Below are positions 1 to 11,009 of a stretch of DNA of 20,000 nucleotides, in pieces. Position numbers and translations under genes: made by a program. The notes beneath the pieces were generated by a model that was not told the origin of the DNA, made no database searches, and saw nothing but the letters and a program-made list of their open reading frames with translations. Source of the DNA: Catajapyx aquilonaris (taxonomy: Eukaryota); contig KZ538412.1 of NCBI GenBank assembly GCA_000934665.2, positions 53,324-73,323 on the forward strand, in the 5' to 3' direction. Numbering within the stretch: position 1 is the stretch's first letter; each line of letters opens with the position of its first letter.

Positions 1-34
1 TGGCGGCCAAGGTCACCTCGATAAGTACGGAGAG
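1..34 (+). CDS. Probable 3' end of an upstream coding exon of the SLC17 transporter (gene starts left of the window)
   Basis: GAG|GTATGT donor at 35. The frame from position 2 reads GGQGHLDKYGE without a stop and ends in phase 0, compatible with the phase-0 acceptor at 1231/1232 (GEFEW...). Only 11 codons are visible, so the link is inferred. Confidence 0.6.
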
Positions 35-1231
35 GTATGTGCTAATCTTCCATACTGTCAATTTTAACTAGCAAGGAGACTTGATATATAGGTGCACATG
101 GCCTGCACTTGTCTTATCATCATACTTTCTGAAATCAAGATTATTGTAAATGACAGGTGGTCATCACATCCGATGAGGTACGAGACAAATCACAGATTTT
201 TGATAGGAACAGGGTCAAAACAAAGTTATAATAACCCAAATTAAAATGCATGCATTTACAATTACATCTCAAGGATATACTGTATAAGGTTACTGTACGT
301 ATAAGGTAACTGTATAAGGTATGGCTGTGTATTACGCATAGAAACCAGCCTAACAGTTTCGACATTCAAGTGCTATTCCTGTTCTTTGGCCAAAGGTGTC
401 GCGATTACTGGAACAGATAGGCCAGAAAACAAATCATAAGTAGGCATTTTTTTAAAACGTTACATGGTGAGTCAGAACACCAGGGCAATCTCACCAAAAT
501 TGTCCGAAATTGGGGATGAGAAATGTCGGGGGTGAAAAAAAAAAAAAACAGAAACGTAATGGCACGGGACCTGCGCCCGGGGCTTTGTTTTGCATACGTT
601 CCAGATAAGGTACGTGTCTGAGGGGGCAACCAAAAGGTTATCGTGGTCTATGTGTTCCTCACGCCTACACTTTAGACTTGTTATTTGGCTAACGAGTAAC
701 GAGTACGCTTGTGGAAGATTGAACTGGAGCTCTGACACATCCAGTATAAACATACAGACTAATGGAATGCAGTGTTTATTTCGAATGAAATATGCAAATT
801 GACTATTGTTGTAAAAATAAGTGCCATACACAAAATTTAAAAATCGCAATGACGAATATTTACCATTTTAATAATTTTTATGGCATTAATGTTATGTAAT
901 ATGGAACAAATCCTATTGACATCAAGGACGTTTATAAAATCCTGTGAAAATGATATTTAAAAAAAAACAGCGTATCATCTTGTGCTTGTATCCGATCTAA
1001 ATTCGACTCCAGTTCTTGGGTATATACGTCCTTTGAAATTTTGAACTCATAAAAAGATGTGTCGCTAGTCAATGGTTTTGGCCCATATTAGGTTTTAAAA
1101 AGGCATGATTCCTACACACAAAATGAGCTTTTCTTCCCTCAAGGTATTAAATATTAATTTCCTGTCCCACTGAAGCCATACACTGTACCACCTACTTACG
1201 AATCCACACTAACTCTAGACCATGATTTCAG

Positions 1232-3271
1232 GGCGAATTTGAATGGAACAAAGAACTGCAAGGAAGATTACTTGGAGCATTTTTCTATGGGTATGCCATC
1301 ACGCAAATTTTTGGAGGATGGCTGAGTGATCGATTTGGCGGAAAGTTGATGTTCATCGGAGGAATGTTTTGTGTCAGCATCTTGACCATGTTCAACCCTA
1401 TGGCAGCTCGTTTCAGCCCTGAATGTCTCTTTGCTGTTCGAGTCCTACAGGGTGTCACTCAGGTAAGTCAATTGCAATAAGAATACATGTCAAAGCTGTA
1501 TGAATTGTCTATTACAGGGATTCTCACTACCACCAATCATGGTCCTGTTTAGTCGTTGGACCGGACCAGGTGAACGAGGCATATGTTTGAGCATCGCTTA
1601 TGCTGGTTTCCCATTAGGAAGTGCTCTGATCTTCCCTATGTCTAGTTTCCTATGCCAGTATGGTTTCGCAGGCAGATGGCCATCTGTGTTTTACGTCACT
1701 GGTAAGCTATTGTCATTCATTTGCTTCCGGATATTGTCATCGCCTTGTGTGATGTAGAGGAGTGCAACTTTTCAGGGTTGATGGGTTTGGTCTGGTGTGG
1801 GGCCACCTACTTCTTGGTATATGACACCCCGGAGGAACATCCACGAATCTCATTTGAGGAGAAGAAGTACCTCGAGACGTCCAATGCCGTCCATGGGAAG
1901 AGTTACTCAAAGGTAAAAGAGCTTCAGTTGTTGCACATACAACCGGCTCTAATTGTCCAACTTTGTTTCAGAATTTCAAAGTTCCATGGAAGGCCATGGC
2001 ATTGTCTCCACCTGTCTACGCAGTGGTGTTCACACACTTCTTCGCCAGTTGGGGATTCCACACTATTCTCATCAACCTTCCGATATTCATGAAAGAAGTC
2101 CTCTATTTCGAAGTGGGAGAGGTAAGCTACGTTACATCGTTTGTTCTGTCACCAATTAATGCCTGTTCGATCCGGACAAACACACCGAACCCACGTGGGA
2201 TACAATATAATGCCCGACTGATGCCAAGGCCATTTGCATCACAAAACCGTAAATCACGTTTCCAAGTAAAATTGTTATTGGAATATTACGCAAGAGTTAC
2301 ACTGGTACAAATAAAATTAAACGAGCCGGTTGAATCGAGCATCTGCAAAAACAAGTCGATTGTACGCCCTGTAATTAGTTAGACGTCATTCGTTATGCAT
2401 CACATTGCTATATATTTCTTTTGACAGAATGGACTCCTGTCATCCCTTCCTTACATGGGGACACTAGGAGTACACATGCTTGCTGGACACCTATTTGATC
2501 GATTGAGGAACAAAAAAGTGGTCAGCCTGACCTGGCTCCGAAAAATCTTCAACACTGTCGGTAAGTCCATCAAGTAGGTCACAAAACTGGGCCAGTGTCC
2601 ATCTGGCTGAATATCCACCATTGTTATAAGGTTGCATGCTCAAGGGCAGTATTCGCAACACAAGTGTGCCCCACATGTTTTGGGTGTCACTGTCATGGAC
2701 TACAAAATAACTGCGCCCACATTTGGCAGGTCTGATCATCCCTGGAATAACCATGCTGGTAATGGCTGCCCTTTCCTGCCATCACCAGTACGGAGCTATC
2801 GCCAACATCGCTATCGGACAAGCCTTTACTGAATGTGCCCTAATGGGCGGATACCTTCTCAGTTTCATCGATCTTGCACCTCGTTATGCTGGAATACTCA
2901 TAGGAGTCACAAATTCTGTTGGAGTTACAACCGGATTTGCGACTCCAGCTACAGTGGCAGCGTTGACCCCGAATGTAATGACCCACCATGACCTAAAGTG
3001 ACTGGAGATTAATAGCAGAATTTCATTTCAGAGGACAAGAGAGGAGTGGTTGGGTGTGTTCTACATTTCTGCAGCCAGCTATTTTGTGGGTGCTGTGGTG
3101 TACCTGCTTTTGGGAAGCTCAGAGCTGCAAGAGTGGGCTAAAGAAGTTAATGAGGAGGAAGAAGAGGAAAAGAAGAAGATGAAGGATGTGGAGGCACCAC
3201 CAGAAGCTAATACTGAACGTGATGCGATGATTGGTCCGGTGACTGTTACACGTCTTGACACTGTGGAGTAG
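1232..3271 (+). CDS. SLC17-family anion:cation symporter (sialin / putative inorganic phosphate cotransporter-like, MFS), spliced, 5'-partial
   Basis: Seven phase-compatible exons with GT-AG introns: 1232-1462, 1518-1701, 1776-1912, 1972-2121, 2428-2560, 2730-2974, 3032-3271 (TAG). SLC17 motifs: GEFEWNKELQGRLLGAFFYGYAITQIFGGWLSDRFGGK, RVLQG, RWPSVFYVTG, VYDTPEEHPRISFEEKKYLE, VPWKAM, NGLLSSLPY, RKIFNTVG, IDLAPRYAGILIGVTNS, EWLGVFYISA, GSSELQEWA. Confidence 0.93.
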
Positions 3272-3704
3272 TGCACCTGATGTTTTAGGAACGATATCTC
3301 GTAGGTTTAACACATAAGATGGACTCGAGTGTTTACTCATCTTGGTCATGTCATATTCAGGAAACTCATTGTGTCACGACTCTCAATGTGTCATTGTTGT
3401 CTTTTTTTTCGTCCAGTGTGTATCGTATTTTATTGGCAGAATATATGAGCTGTTGTCTCATAAGCTTCGATGTCGCCTGTGCTGTACATGCAAAAGTGAC
3501 AGAGCTATCAGTATGTACTGTATACAGAGAATAGGTGTCAAGACTATTCACTTCAAGACATATCATACGGTCATTGTTATATGGAACAGTATTCCTTTGT
3601 ACCCTCTTGTGACAACCACATGGAAAAAAATAAATTGATGTATATTTTTATCAACAGGATGTTTAACACTTCCTTGACCCAGCCTATGAGATTGCAAGAT
3701 TGCA

Positions 3705-3710
3705 AATAAA
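3705..3710 (+). promoter_or_regulatory. Candidate polyadenylation signal for the SLC17 gene
   Basis: AATAAA ~430 bp after the stop codon; another AATAAA lies near 3629. Which one is used cannot be told from sequence. Confidence 0.35.
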
Positions 3711-4458
3711 GCTTAACTACCTCTTTATGGCCATGCCGCATATCAACATACCCATTAGCGATAACGAACCTTACACAAGTCGCTGACATGGCCAGCGGTT
3801 ACATCTGAAGATAAATCTAGTTTCTAAGAAATGCTCATCATGGCACAATCCAGCTCAAAAGTTCAGCGAGGTGTACAGTTGCATTTGCGTCACCCGACTA
3901 ATAATCCTTGCTAATAGAAATTAATAGTCAATTGAGTCACTTTACACGTCGTTGATTAACACACGATGAAGGGTAATTCCCATCTTTTTTCACTGTCAAG
4001 GCTCGAATAAACAGCAGCCAACGAGGGGCGTTGGCTGCAGTCGTATGCGTCACGTCTATTACAAGAAAATGGTTCGACATATACCGGTTTGAACTTGAGT
4101 CCGAATACGAAGTTGAAATCGACGTGATGCCGCATTCCGAAGGATATTTGTCAAGCTCATTTGAAAAGAGCCTTGAAGTCATACTGTCACGACAATTTTT
4201 TGGAAGTTGCGTTATTCATAAGGACGAGTTTTGATGAGTGGCTTCACCTTGACATCATCACCTGAATCCTATTCTAAATGCATTAGCTGACTGTCCTTGC
4301 TTGCTGAGTTGGTTGCAGTGGGTCAGGATACTCATATGTAAAGTGGATTCACTGCACCTTCCTATGAATAATTCTGGAAATGTTGCAACCGGTCAAAGTA
4401 CATCTGGAGTCGTTAATATAGGTAGGTGTGACCACAATTACCATTGTTATAGTGGAGG

Positions 4459-5757
4459 ATGTCTCACCAAGAGGCAGGGGTTCAACCGGCTCTTCGGTTT
4501 TGCAGGATAGAGCAGAAGTCTGATACCGATAAGCTGGGTTTTAATTTGAACAAAAGCAAGTGGGAACCATATCCGAGGGTGTACCAAGTGGTGCCCAAAT
4601 CTGCGAGTGAGGAAGCAGGATTACGTGATGGTGATTGCTTGCTGGCTGTCAATGGAAAGAGTGTGGTTGGAAGCAAAATGTCGCAGGTGACGGCTCTTAT
4701 CCGGAGTTCATCCAGTCGCCTGGAGTTGCTCGTTTGGACTCTCGGAGAAATCCAAGACGTATGTATGGAAATGCGGAACATGTGTCACCTACATACATAT
4801 ACATGTCCGATGTCCCCATTTCAGAGCGATTGCGAGGGTCCCAACCTGAAGTTGTCGTCCTGCCTAGAGTCACTGGTGTCACTCTTGGAGTGTCCAGTTT
4901 GCCTTGAGACCATCTCTCCTCCGGCCAACCAGTGTCTGCAGGGGCACCTCCTGTGTCGTCGCTGCAGGTCGTGCCAACAAAGATGTCCCATTTGTCGAGG
5001 AGCGTTCTCTCGAACTCGGCCACTTCTGGCCCACCACCTATACACTTCCCTGACCGACGTGTTACTGTCACGACCACCTTTGCCCTTTATTGGATCCGCC
5101 TTGGTTCCAGTCTCTTCCACACCTTCGTCTACCCTCTCATCACTCCCGGGGAAGGCATTAGCTGCATTTATCTGCCTACCACAGTCACTCAACATCCCTT
5201 TGGCCAAATGCGTATTGCCCCCGAATGTCCCTCAACCTGATATAACCAGCCCAGAACCAATGGTATTCAGCTGTCCTATAGCCAACTGTAACACGACGAC
5301 ATCCACAAATTATTTTCTGGATCATTTCAGCGAGTACCATTCTTCAACTCTCCTGGTGTCCAAGTTGTCTGTGGATATTCCTATGAGTCCCGGACTGGTG
5401 ATGCCCCCCGTTTGTTTAATGGCCTCCCAAAAAGTGTTCGTATTAAAGACTGTGTCGTCCAGTGATGGAGTCTTTGTCTGGTTGTGGATGGTTGGAAATG
5501 CTGAAGAAGAGGAGCAGTGGGAGGGAAAGTTGAGTTTGCATCAGGGTCGTGTCACTTGGACCTTAACACTCGGGGTGTTCTCAGTTTATAGCGACGAAGT
5601 TCATGTGAGAAATTCACCCAGATGTACCCTTATGAATCATAGGCTCCTGGAAGACTTGATTCGAGTTCAAAATGTCGATAGCATTATACAAATGGATGTG
5701 GAGGTTTATGCAAAAGTGACAGACGTAGCTTTGCTCCCACTAGTCACTCGCTTCTGA
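4459..5757 (+). CDS. PDZ-domain + SINA/Siah-type RING E3 ubiquitin ligase-like protein (probable exons 4459-4758 and 4825-5757)
   Basis: 432-aa ORF. N-terminal PDZ: LGFNL carboxylate loop, AGLRDGDCLLAVNG, LELLV. Siah-type C3HC4 RING: LECPVCLETISPPANQCLQGHLLCRRCRSCQQRCPICRG. C2H2 finger FSCPIANC-x11-H-x4-H. C-terminal region rich in likely beta strands, consistent with a TRAF-like SINA substrate-binding domain (inference). An in-frame 66-nt GTATGT...CCCCATTTCAG intron at 4759-4824 is likely. An in-frame TAG and an acceptor-like TTATAG end at 4452. Confidence 0.88.
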   Translation: MSHQEAGVQPALRFCRIEQKSDTDKLGFNLNKSKWEPYPRVYQVVPKSASEEAGLRDGDCLLAVNGKSVVGSKMSQVTALIRSSSSRLELLVWTLGEIQDVCMEMRNMCHLHTYTCPMSPFQSDCEGPNLKLSSCLESLVSLLECPVCLETISPPANQCLQGHLLCRRCRSCQQRCPICRGAFSRTRPLLAHHLYTSLTDVLLSRPPLPFIGSALVPVSSTPSSTLSSLPGKALAAFICLPQSLNIPLAKCVLPPNVPQPDITSPEPMVFSCPIANCNTTTSTNYFLDHFSEYHSSTLLVSKLSVDIPMSPGLVMPPVCLMASQKVFVLKTVSSSDGVFVWLWMVGNAEEEEQWEGKLSLHQGRVTWTLTLGVFSVYSDEVHVRNSPRCTLMNHRLLEDLIRVQNVDSIIQMDVEVYAKVTDVALLPLVTRF

Positions 5758-5895
5758 TTGTGACGCACATTTGAATATGGTAAACAGATACATTATAGGG
5801 CCTGTTTATTGGGTAATACCGTCACACAAAAAATCGGTACGGGGTTATCAACGTAATAATTGTATTATAATAATTGTCATTTTTGCATCCGAGAC

Positions 5896-5967
5896 AATAA
5901 AATTCCACCCAATAGATGACTGCATTGCCTTACATGTATATTATTAGAATATATCATTTTGAATAAA
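5896..5967 (+). promoter_or_regulatory. Candidate polyadenylation signals for the PDZ-RING gene
   Basis: AATAAA at 5896-5901 and 5962-5967 in AT-rich sequence 140-210 bp after the stop codon. Confidence 0.45.
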
Positions 5968-7757
5968 ATTAGATTATGTACTGTACAAGCGCCATACTAA
6001 ATACCTGCAATAAATTATACAAAATCGTTATGATGTCATCTCATTTGTGTGCTATCAGGTGGGCCAAGGTCAAATTCCGGTACAGACGTGTGATATAAAA
6101 TGTAATAAGGAAACATTTCAGACATAGCAAACTACCACTTTGATCTAAATTAACGTATTTAATAATACAGCTGTAGCAAATGCAGATATTTAATGGCATA
6201 TCACCGTCGACCGTCGGTATAACTACCCATTGATAGATCTGCTGAGTTGCTCGTAACAACTGAACCCGAGATTGTCCCATCTTTCTCTATAGCAAAATCT
6301 ATAAATATGCAGGTTGTGGATATTATAGGCGTCATATTCCTCAAGTTCAATAATGCCGCTAATACTGCATCAATTGGTGCCTCATTTTTCGTAATTCGCT
6401 AGATAAAATATGCACATATGGAGAAGCTGCCACTACTTGATTATTCTAAACAATTTAAATATTCTGTACCCAAGACAACTGCATACAATTTCCGTAATTT
6501 GTATCAAGCAGGCTATATAAAATACACCTGTTATAATTACCGTGATTTATCGACAAGTTTAATTGTTATTTTTTCCCCCTTATATTTTTTAATCTTCTAA
6601 TTTGACCCACCATGCACTTCACAGTCTAGCAACGTGCCGACACTACGATCAAAGTGTAATCCACAGCTTGTTACTCCATCAGCCAACCCAACTTGTCACA
6701 GTCAAGATCTATTTGACAGTCTGGTCCGCCTCCTTAAAAAAACACTGCCCATCTATTACCCATCACTTGGATCACTTACTTTCTTACGGGCTCATCGTTT
6801 TACAAACATGTTTATACCGAATGGGTATGCAAATCACTATGGGACAAAGACTCACCTCGGGTCGGTAGATAAAATGCCTGACACTTATCGATGTATCCGT
6901 AGTTGACTGGGCATTTTATTTTGGTACCCACTTTCCTCACCTCACTAACTTAGGTGACCACGTGACTTTATTCCGCCCCCTTAAAAAGCAGCCTCTGTGT
7001 CTCCATTCCTCACCTTCTGCCCTGGACAGTCTGCGTAGGAAGGCACCTCCTACTCCAGTGCTATTGACTCTCATCCACAGTTTTTTGGTGACTATGGACA
7101 ACCTATCGACTATAATCACAGCAGGTATAGTACATATAGAGGAAGTTCACTTAATGAGGTGAGTTGACTGTATGCTGATGTGGGCATGATTATTTCAGCT
7201 AAAGAGAGTGATGGCGCAACTGAGAAACTCAACAATGTGGATGAGTTTGATGTTTGGTTGCACACCATGTGGAACTGGACAGTGGGATTTATTGCTGGAA
7301 TGATTGCAGCTCATTTCTTACGGCGTGGATTAGGTCTGCATCCATGATGGCTAGCAGTACCATGAAGTGGCAACCATGACGGGAACTCTTTTTACATTTT
7401 ATACAGAACTGACTTTTATAATATCCAACATTGGTAGTGTTTTGAAATATGTCTCAGTAGTGCAGTGGATTTGACATATGTGGCGTTTAACTGTCCCGTT
7501 GTGGCCGGAATAAACTGATGGGGGGGAAAAAAGAGATTTGTTTTGTTCCTTATCTGACAGGCATCAGCTTCGAAAATAGCGCCATGTTGTTGAAGTCATT
7601 GGACGTGTATACTCGTAATAAGAATGCTGTGTTGGTCACTACCATTGGCAGGCAGCCAGAAACGCAGTTTTATCGTAAGTAACAGGCGTAAACTAAAGTG
7701 CAGAATGCTAAATGCTGATTCCACTACCTTTTTGTCATAATATTGCTCTAAAATTTA

Positions 7758-8004
7758 TTTATTTATTTATACCCCATTGGGAGAATCGGCGCTCCATTAG
7801 GGGGGTGGTGGAGTACCACCATTGGATGGGGCCAAGAGGCGGCTGTGGCCTATTATACGAAAACAACCCCGGAATTATCATGGGGGGGGGGGACCGTGGA
7901 AAACCACAGAAAACCACGGTCAGGGTTGCAGGCCCCGGGATTCGAACCCAGGACCTCCCGATTAGCAGTCGGGCTCCTTAACCACCACACCAACTAGCTT
8001 CGGT
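7758..8004 (-). mobile_element. tRNA-derived SINE (family A), full length
   Basis: 18-bp perfect TSD ATATTGCTCTAAAATTTA (7740-7757, 8005-8022). Minus-strand head has an A box (TGGTGTGGTGG), an anticodon-like arm CCCGA-CTGCTAA-TCGGG and a B box (GGTTCGAATCC). (TAAA)n 3' tail. Confidence 0.92.
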
Positions 8005-8580
8005 ATATTGCTCTAAAATTTAAACAAAATTGACAAAAAATATATACGGTATCCAAATTTAACGCGCAACTTTTTTGTGTTTATTGTGGAAGGGTCTAGG
8101 ATACTGTATATATACACAAGTAGATCTCGTTTTACGTCTGTTTTGCTGGAACCTAACTCCATCGTATTAGGTTGCGTGGAGACAACCTTTTATAAACGAT
8201 AACAAGGTGGTCCGGGTCCACCATGTAAAAATGCAGTCAGTTGTTCGGTGACATTCAAATGGACTAACCCCAATTAGAAATTAATGTGTTAATGCCCAGA
8301 AAAATTGAAGTGTACTAAAGATATTTGTATGGACAGATGAGCTCAGTTTATTGGTCTGACTGATGGACTGCTCTTTGTGACAGCAACTGATTGTAAATTA
8401 TTGCTTAATTTTTGACAGATTATGCCAATGTCTTTGTCAGTGGCGCACATTGTCGCAGTTTAAAAAAAAACTTCCACACACAATCAAGTCAGTGTACGAG
8501 TATCTACGTATATGATTCTATGAAATGGGCCTTATCAAAAATCCTTCCTCATGGAATTAGCATACCGTATGGCATTATTA

Positions 8581-8753
8581 TTATTATTGTTATTATTATT
8601 GTTTTGTTATTATTATTATTATTTCGCCATGGGCGATTAGCCCTTTTGGTGGAGAGAGCGTACCAACTTCAACAAAATAAATGGTTACATGAGTAGTGTA
8701 CAGTCTCCACAATTGCGTCACATCAATAACAAGCAACACTCACTAATAAATAT
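8581..8753 (-). mobile_element. 5'-truncated non-LTR retroposon insertion (LINE/SINE 3' end) with (TAA)n tail
   Basis: 14-bp TSD GTATGGCATTATTA at 8567-8580 and 8754-8767. A degenerate (ATT)n run at ~8581-8623 reads as a (TAA)n tail on the minus strand. Confidence 0.72.
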
Positions 8754-9370
8754 GTATGGCATTATTACAGTTAATTTTGGAATAATTCTTCAAACCTCAA
8801 ATTCGGATAATAATTTCGACTATTAAATATGGTCGATCTGATATGGCTCACTATTGCGTACTTTTTTCTGAAGCAGCTTAAAAATAATTCAGGGGGAATG
8901 GGGGGGGGGGGGGNGGGATTTGCAGACCACTGATTATGATTCAGCATATTTAACAAAAAAATCTACAATGAAAGTTAAAATTGATCACCTGGTTGATTCA
9001 TTTAAAATATAATTTCAGCCACTTTTAAAATCAAGTACAGTATTTAAAACTCCAGTATATAAATTGACAATCCAGAGTGATAAAATTTTTACCTATTTTG
9101 TCGTTATAGTTTGCCAACCTAGGTATTGGCCATGTGGAGTTGTGAAATTCCAGTTGATTTGGAATTTGCCCAATAATAATTTTACTTCTTGAGGCTTTAG
9201 ATTGCGAAGGAAAGTAAGTCTTGAAAAATTCCTGCAACAGTCAGAGTAGCCTTAGGTACAGTACCACTGCACACAAACATTACACTGGTTTGTGAGTATA
9301 TGGATAGCCTTCCTAGGGGTACATATAGAGATCTTCAGCATTTGCCTCAATCTGTCTTGTCGCAATGAAT

Positions 9371-9426
9371 TGACATAATCTATCTTGTTCCCCTGCCACC
9401 TGCTGCAGGGGAACAAGATTATGTCA
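9371..9426. repeat. Short inverted repeat / hairpin
   Basis: TGACATA..ATCTTGTTCCCCTGC-8 nt loop-GCAGGGGAACAAGAT-TATGTCA: 15-bp perfect inner stem plus a 7-bp outer stem. Confidence 0.8.
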
Positions 9427-10946
9427 TATTTACAGACTTCGTTCCAAGTGATGCCATAATGCAACCAAATGAGATGTACAAATAGGACTTCTGGAATATT
9501 TTCTCATTACTTCAATCAAACGAGAAAATTGAATCCCTAGTAATTATTTCATTATTGGGATACACTGCCAAGTGTAATTAATATTTCAACTACGTCAGGT
9601 TAAGTGCAATTGGCACTACCAATTTCCAATGAATTACATATTATTGATGTGGGACTCATTTCGGAATAATCTTGCTATTGGATTGGAAAGCAAGTATTGT
9701 ATGCAAATGCAAGGCAACAGAAGTGCCAACAGAGATCTTGTGCTAATCAGTGTTTTTACAAGCACAAAGCAATCCAAAATGTAGTCACCATCCAGGGTTC
9801 TTTATTGCGAGGAGGAGTGATGTAGGCTGCCCCATATTATTTTTTCATTAGAGCAGGTGTCATTTAGGGTGGGGGAGAAAGGCCCATATGTCACATACAG
9901 TATTCAGCAACATGTAAGATATACCATGGTATATGCTCTGGAGTGGACAGTTGTAAAATGATTCAATGAAGCTGTTAAAAGTTTTCTCAAATAAGCATAA
10001 TCCTTTTAGATTGGAGAAGGCCTCTTGGCACGGTGAATTACAAACAATCAATCATGCTTATTGTAAGGGTTTAATTTAAGGAACAGTTATAGATGTCTGT
10101 ATCAGTCACCCTGAGGTTTCAATCTGACATGACAGACTGGACAAACACTGGTCACTGCTGAGCCACCTTACCTGCCGCGCAGAGGAATGGTGAATTCTGA
10201 CAGTTGAGATGCTAGTTGCAAAGATGAGTTCAGCAACATGACAATGCAGCAACATCAATGGACACTGTTCAATTCTGATTCAGTTGACTACATTCAAAAC
10301 TCAATAATACAGACTTGATGAATAGCATGGAATACAATTCAGTTAGGTTCAATGACAAATAAAATTGAATAAGAATGTAAACGAAGCAAATGAATGAATG
10401 GGCTGTAGAGTGGTAAGGAACTCCCACCCAATGGGCAGGTATGGCCATTCTTTTACCTACTACGAGATGAAAGCATACTCTGTAATAAATATTTGCATTA
10501 AAACCAACTCCCTTCAGAAATTTCGATTTATTACATGATTTGCACTGCAACATCCATGCTCTTATTCAGTTCTGTATAAATTGCAAATGGGAGGACAACC
10601 CATTTCATCTTTCTCTCAGCAAGAAACATACACCTGCTGCTTACCCAGCAACACACAAACAAAGCACCTAGTAGAGGACACCATTTTGGTGTAGTCTTTG
10701 GATATACAGGGTGTTTTAGAATGATACTGACAAACTTTTAAGATGACATTGCACAAACCTAGTTATCGAGATAACAAGCTTCACCACATCGTAGGCCCTA
10801 TAGCATATTCTGTAAGGTTTGCATCTGATCAAATATTCAGGAGCAGTGCCGGCGCGTGGGGAGGGTGAGAGGGGCCGTATTGGGTTTGTAACATGTGTAC
10901 CCTTTTACGAGGTACAATTGTTATGAAATTAATGTGATTTTTCAAG

Positions 10947-11009
10947 GTCAATAAACAAGAACCTTAAAAAAATACAGTAATCTATTTTTTAAGGTTCCTG
11001 TTAATTGAC
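10947..11009. repeat. AT-rich palindrome
   Basis: GTCAATAAACAAGAACCTTAAAAAAATA pairs with TATTTTTTAAGGTTCCTGTTAATTGAC with few mismatches around a short loop. Confidence 0.75.

Noticed and set aside
278..322. Short tandem repeat of ACTGTATAAGGT-like units
   Set aside because: About three degenerate copies; ordinary slippage, not a CRISPR array or satellite.
141..849. Short ORFs in the first kilobase as the SLC17 N-terminus
   Set aside because: None carries the expected SLC17 TM1 motif (RxNLSxAIVAM); the region is best read as an intron (35-1231).
4482..5240. Overlapping and antisense ORFs inside the PDZ-RING gene
   Set aside because: Shadow ORFs of GC-richer coding sequence with no recognisable motifs.
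7920..8004. tRNA-Ser(GCT) gene on the minus strand
   Set aside because: No convincing acceptor stem or long variable arm. It continues into a SINE body and tail and is bounded by an 18-bp TSD.
8899..8917. Poly-G tract (G-quadruplex candidate)
   Set aside because: Homopolymer containing an N; its length is unreliable.
10704..10745. TA|CAGGGTG Tc1/mariner-like terminus
   Set aside because: No matching opposite end found in the window.
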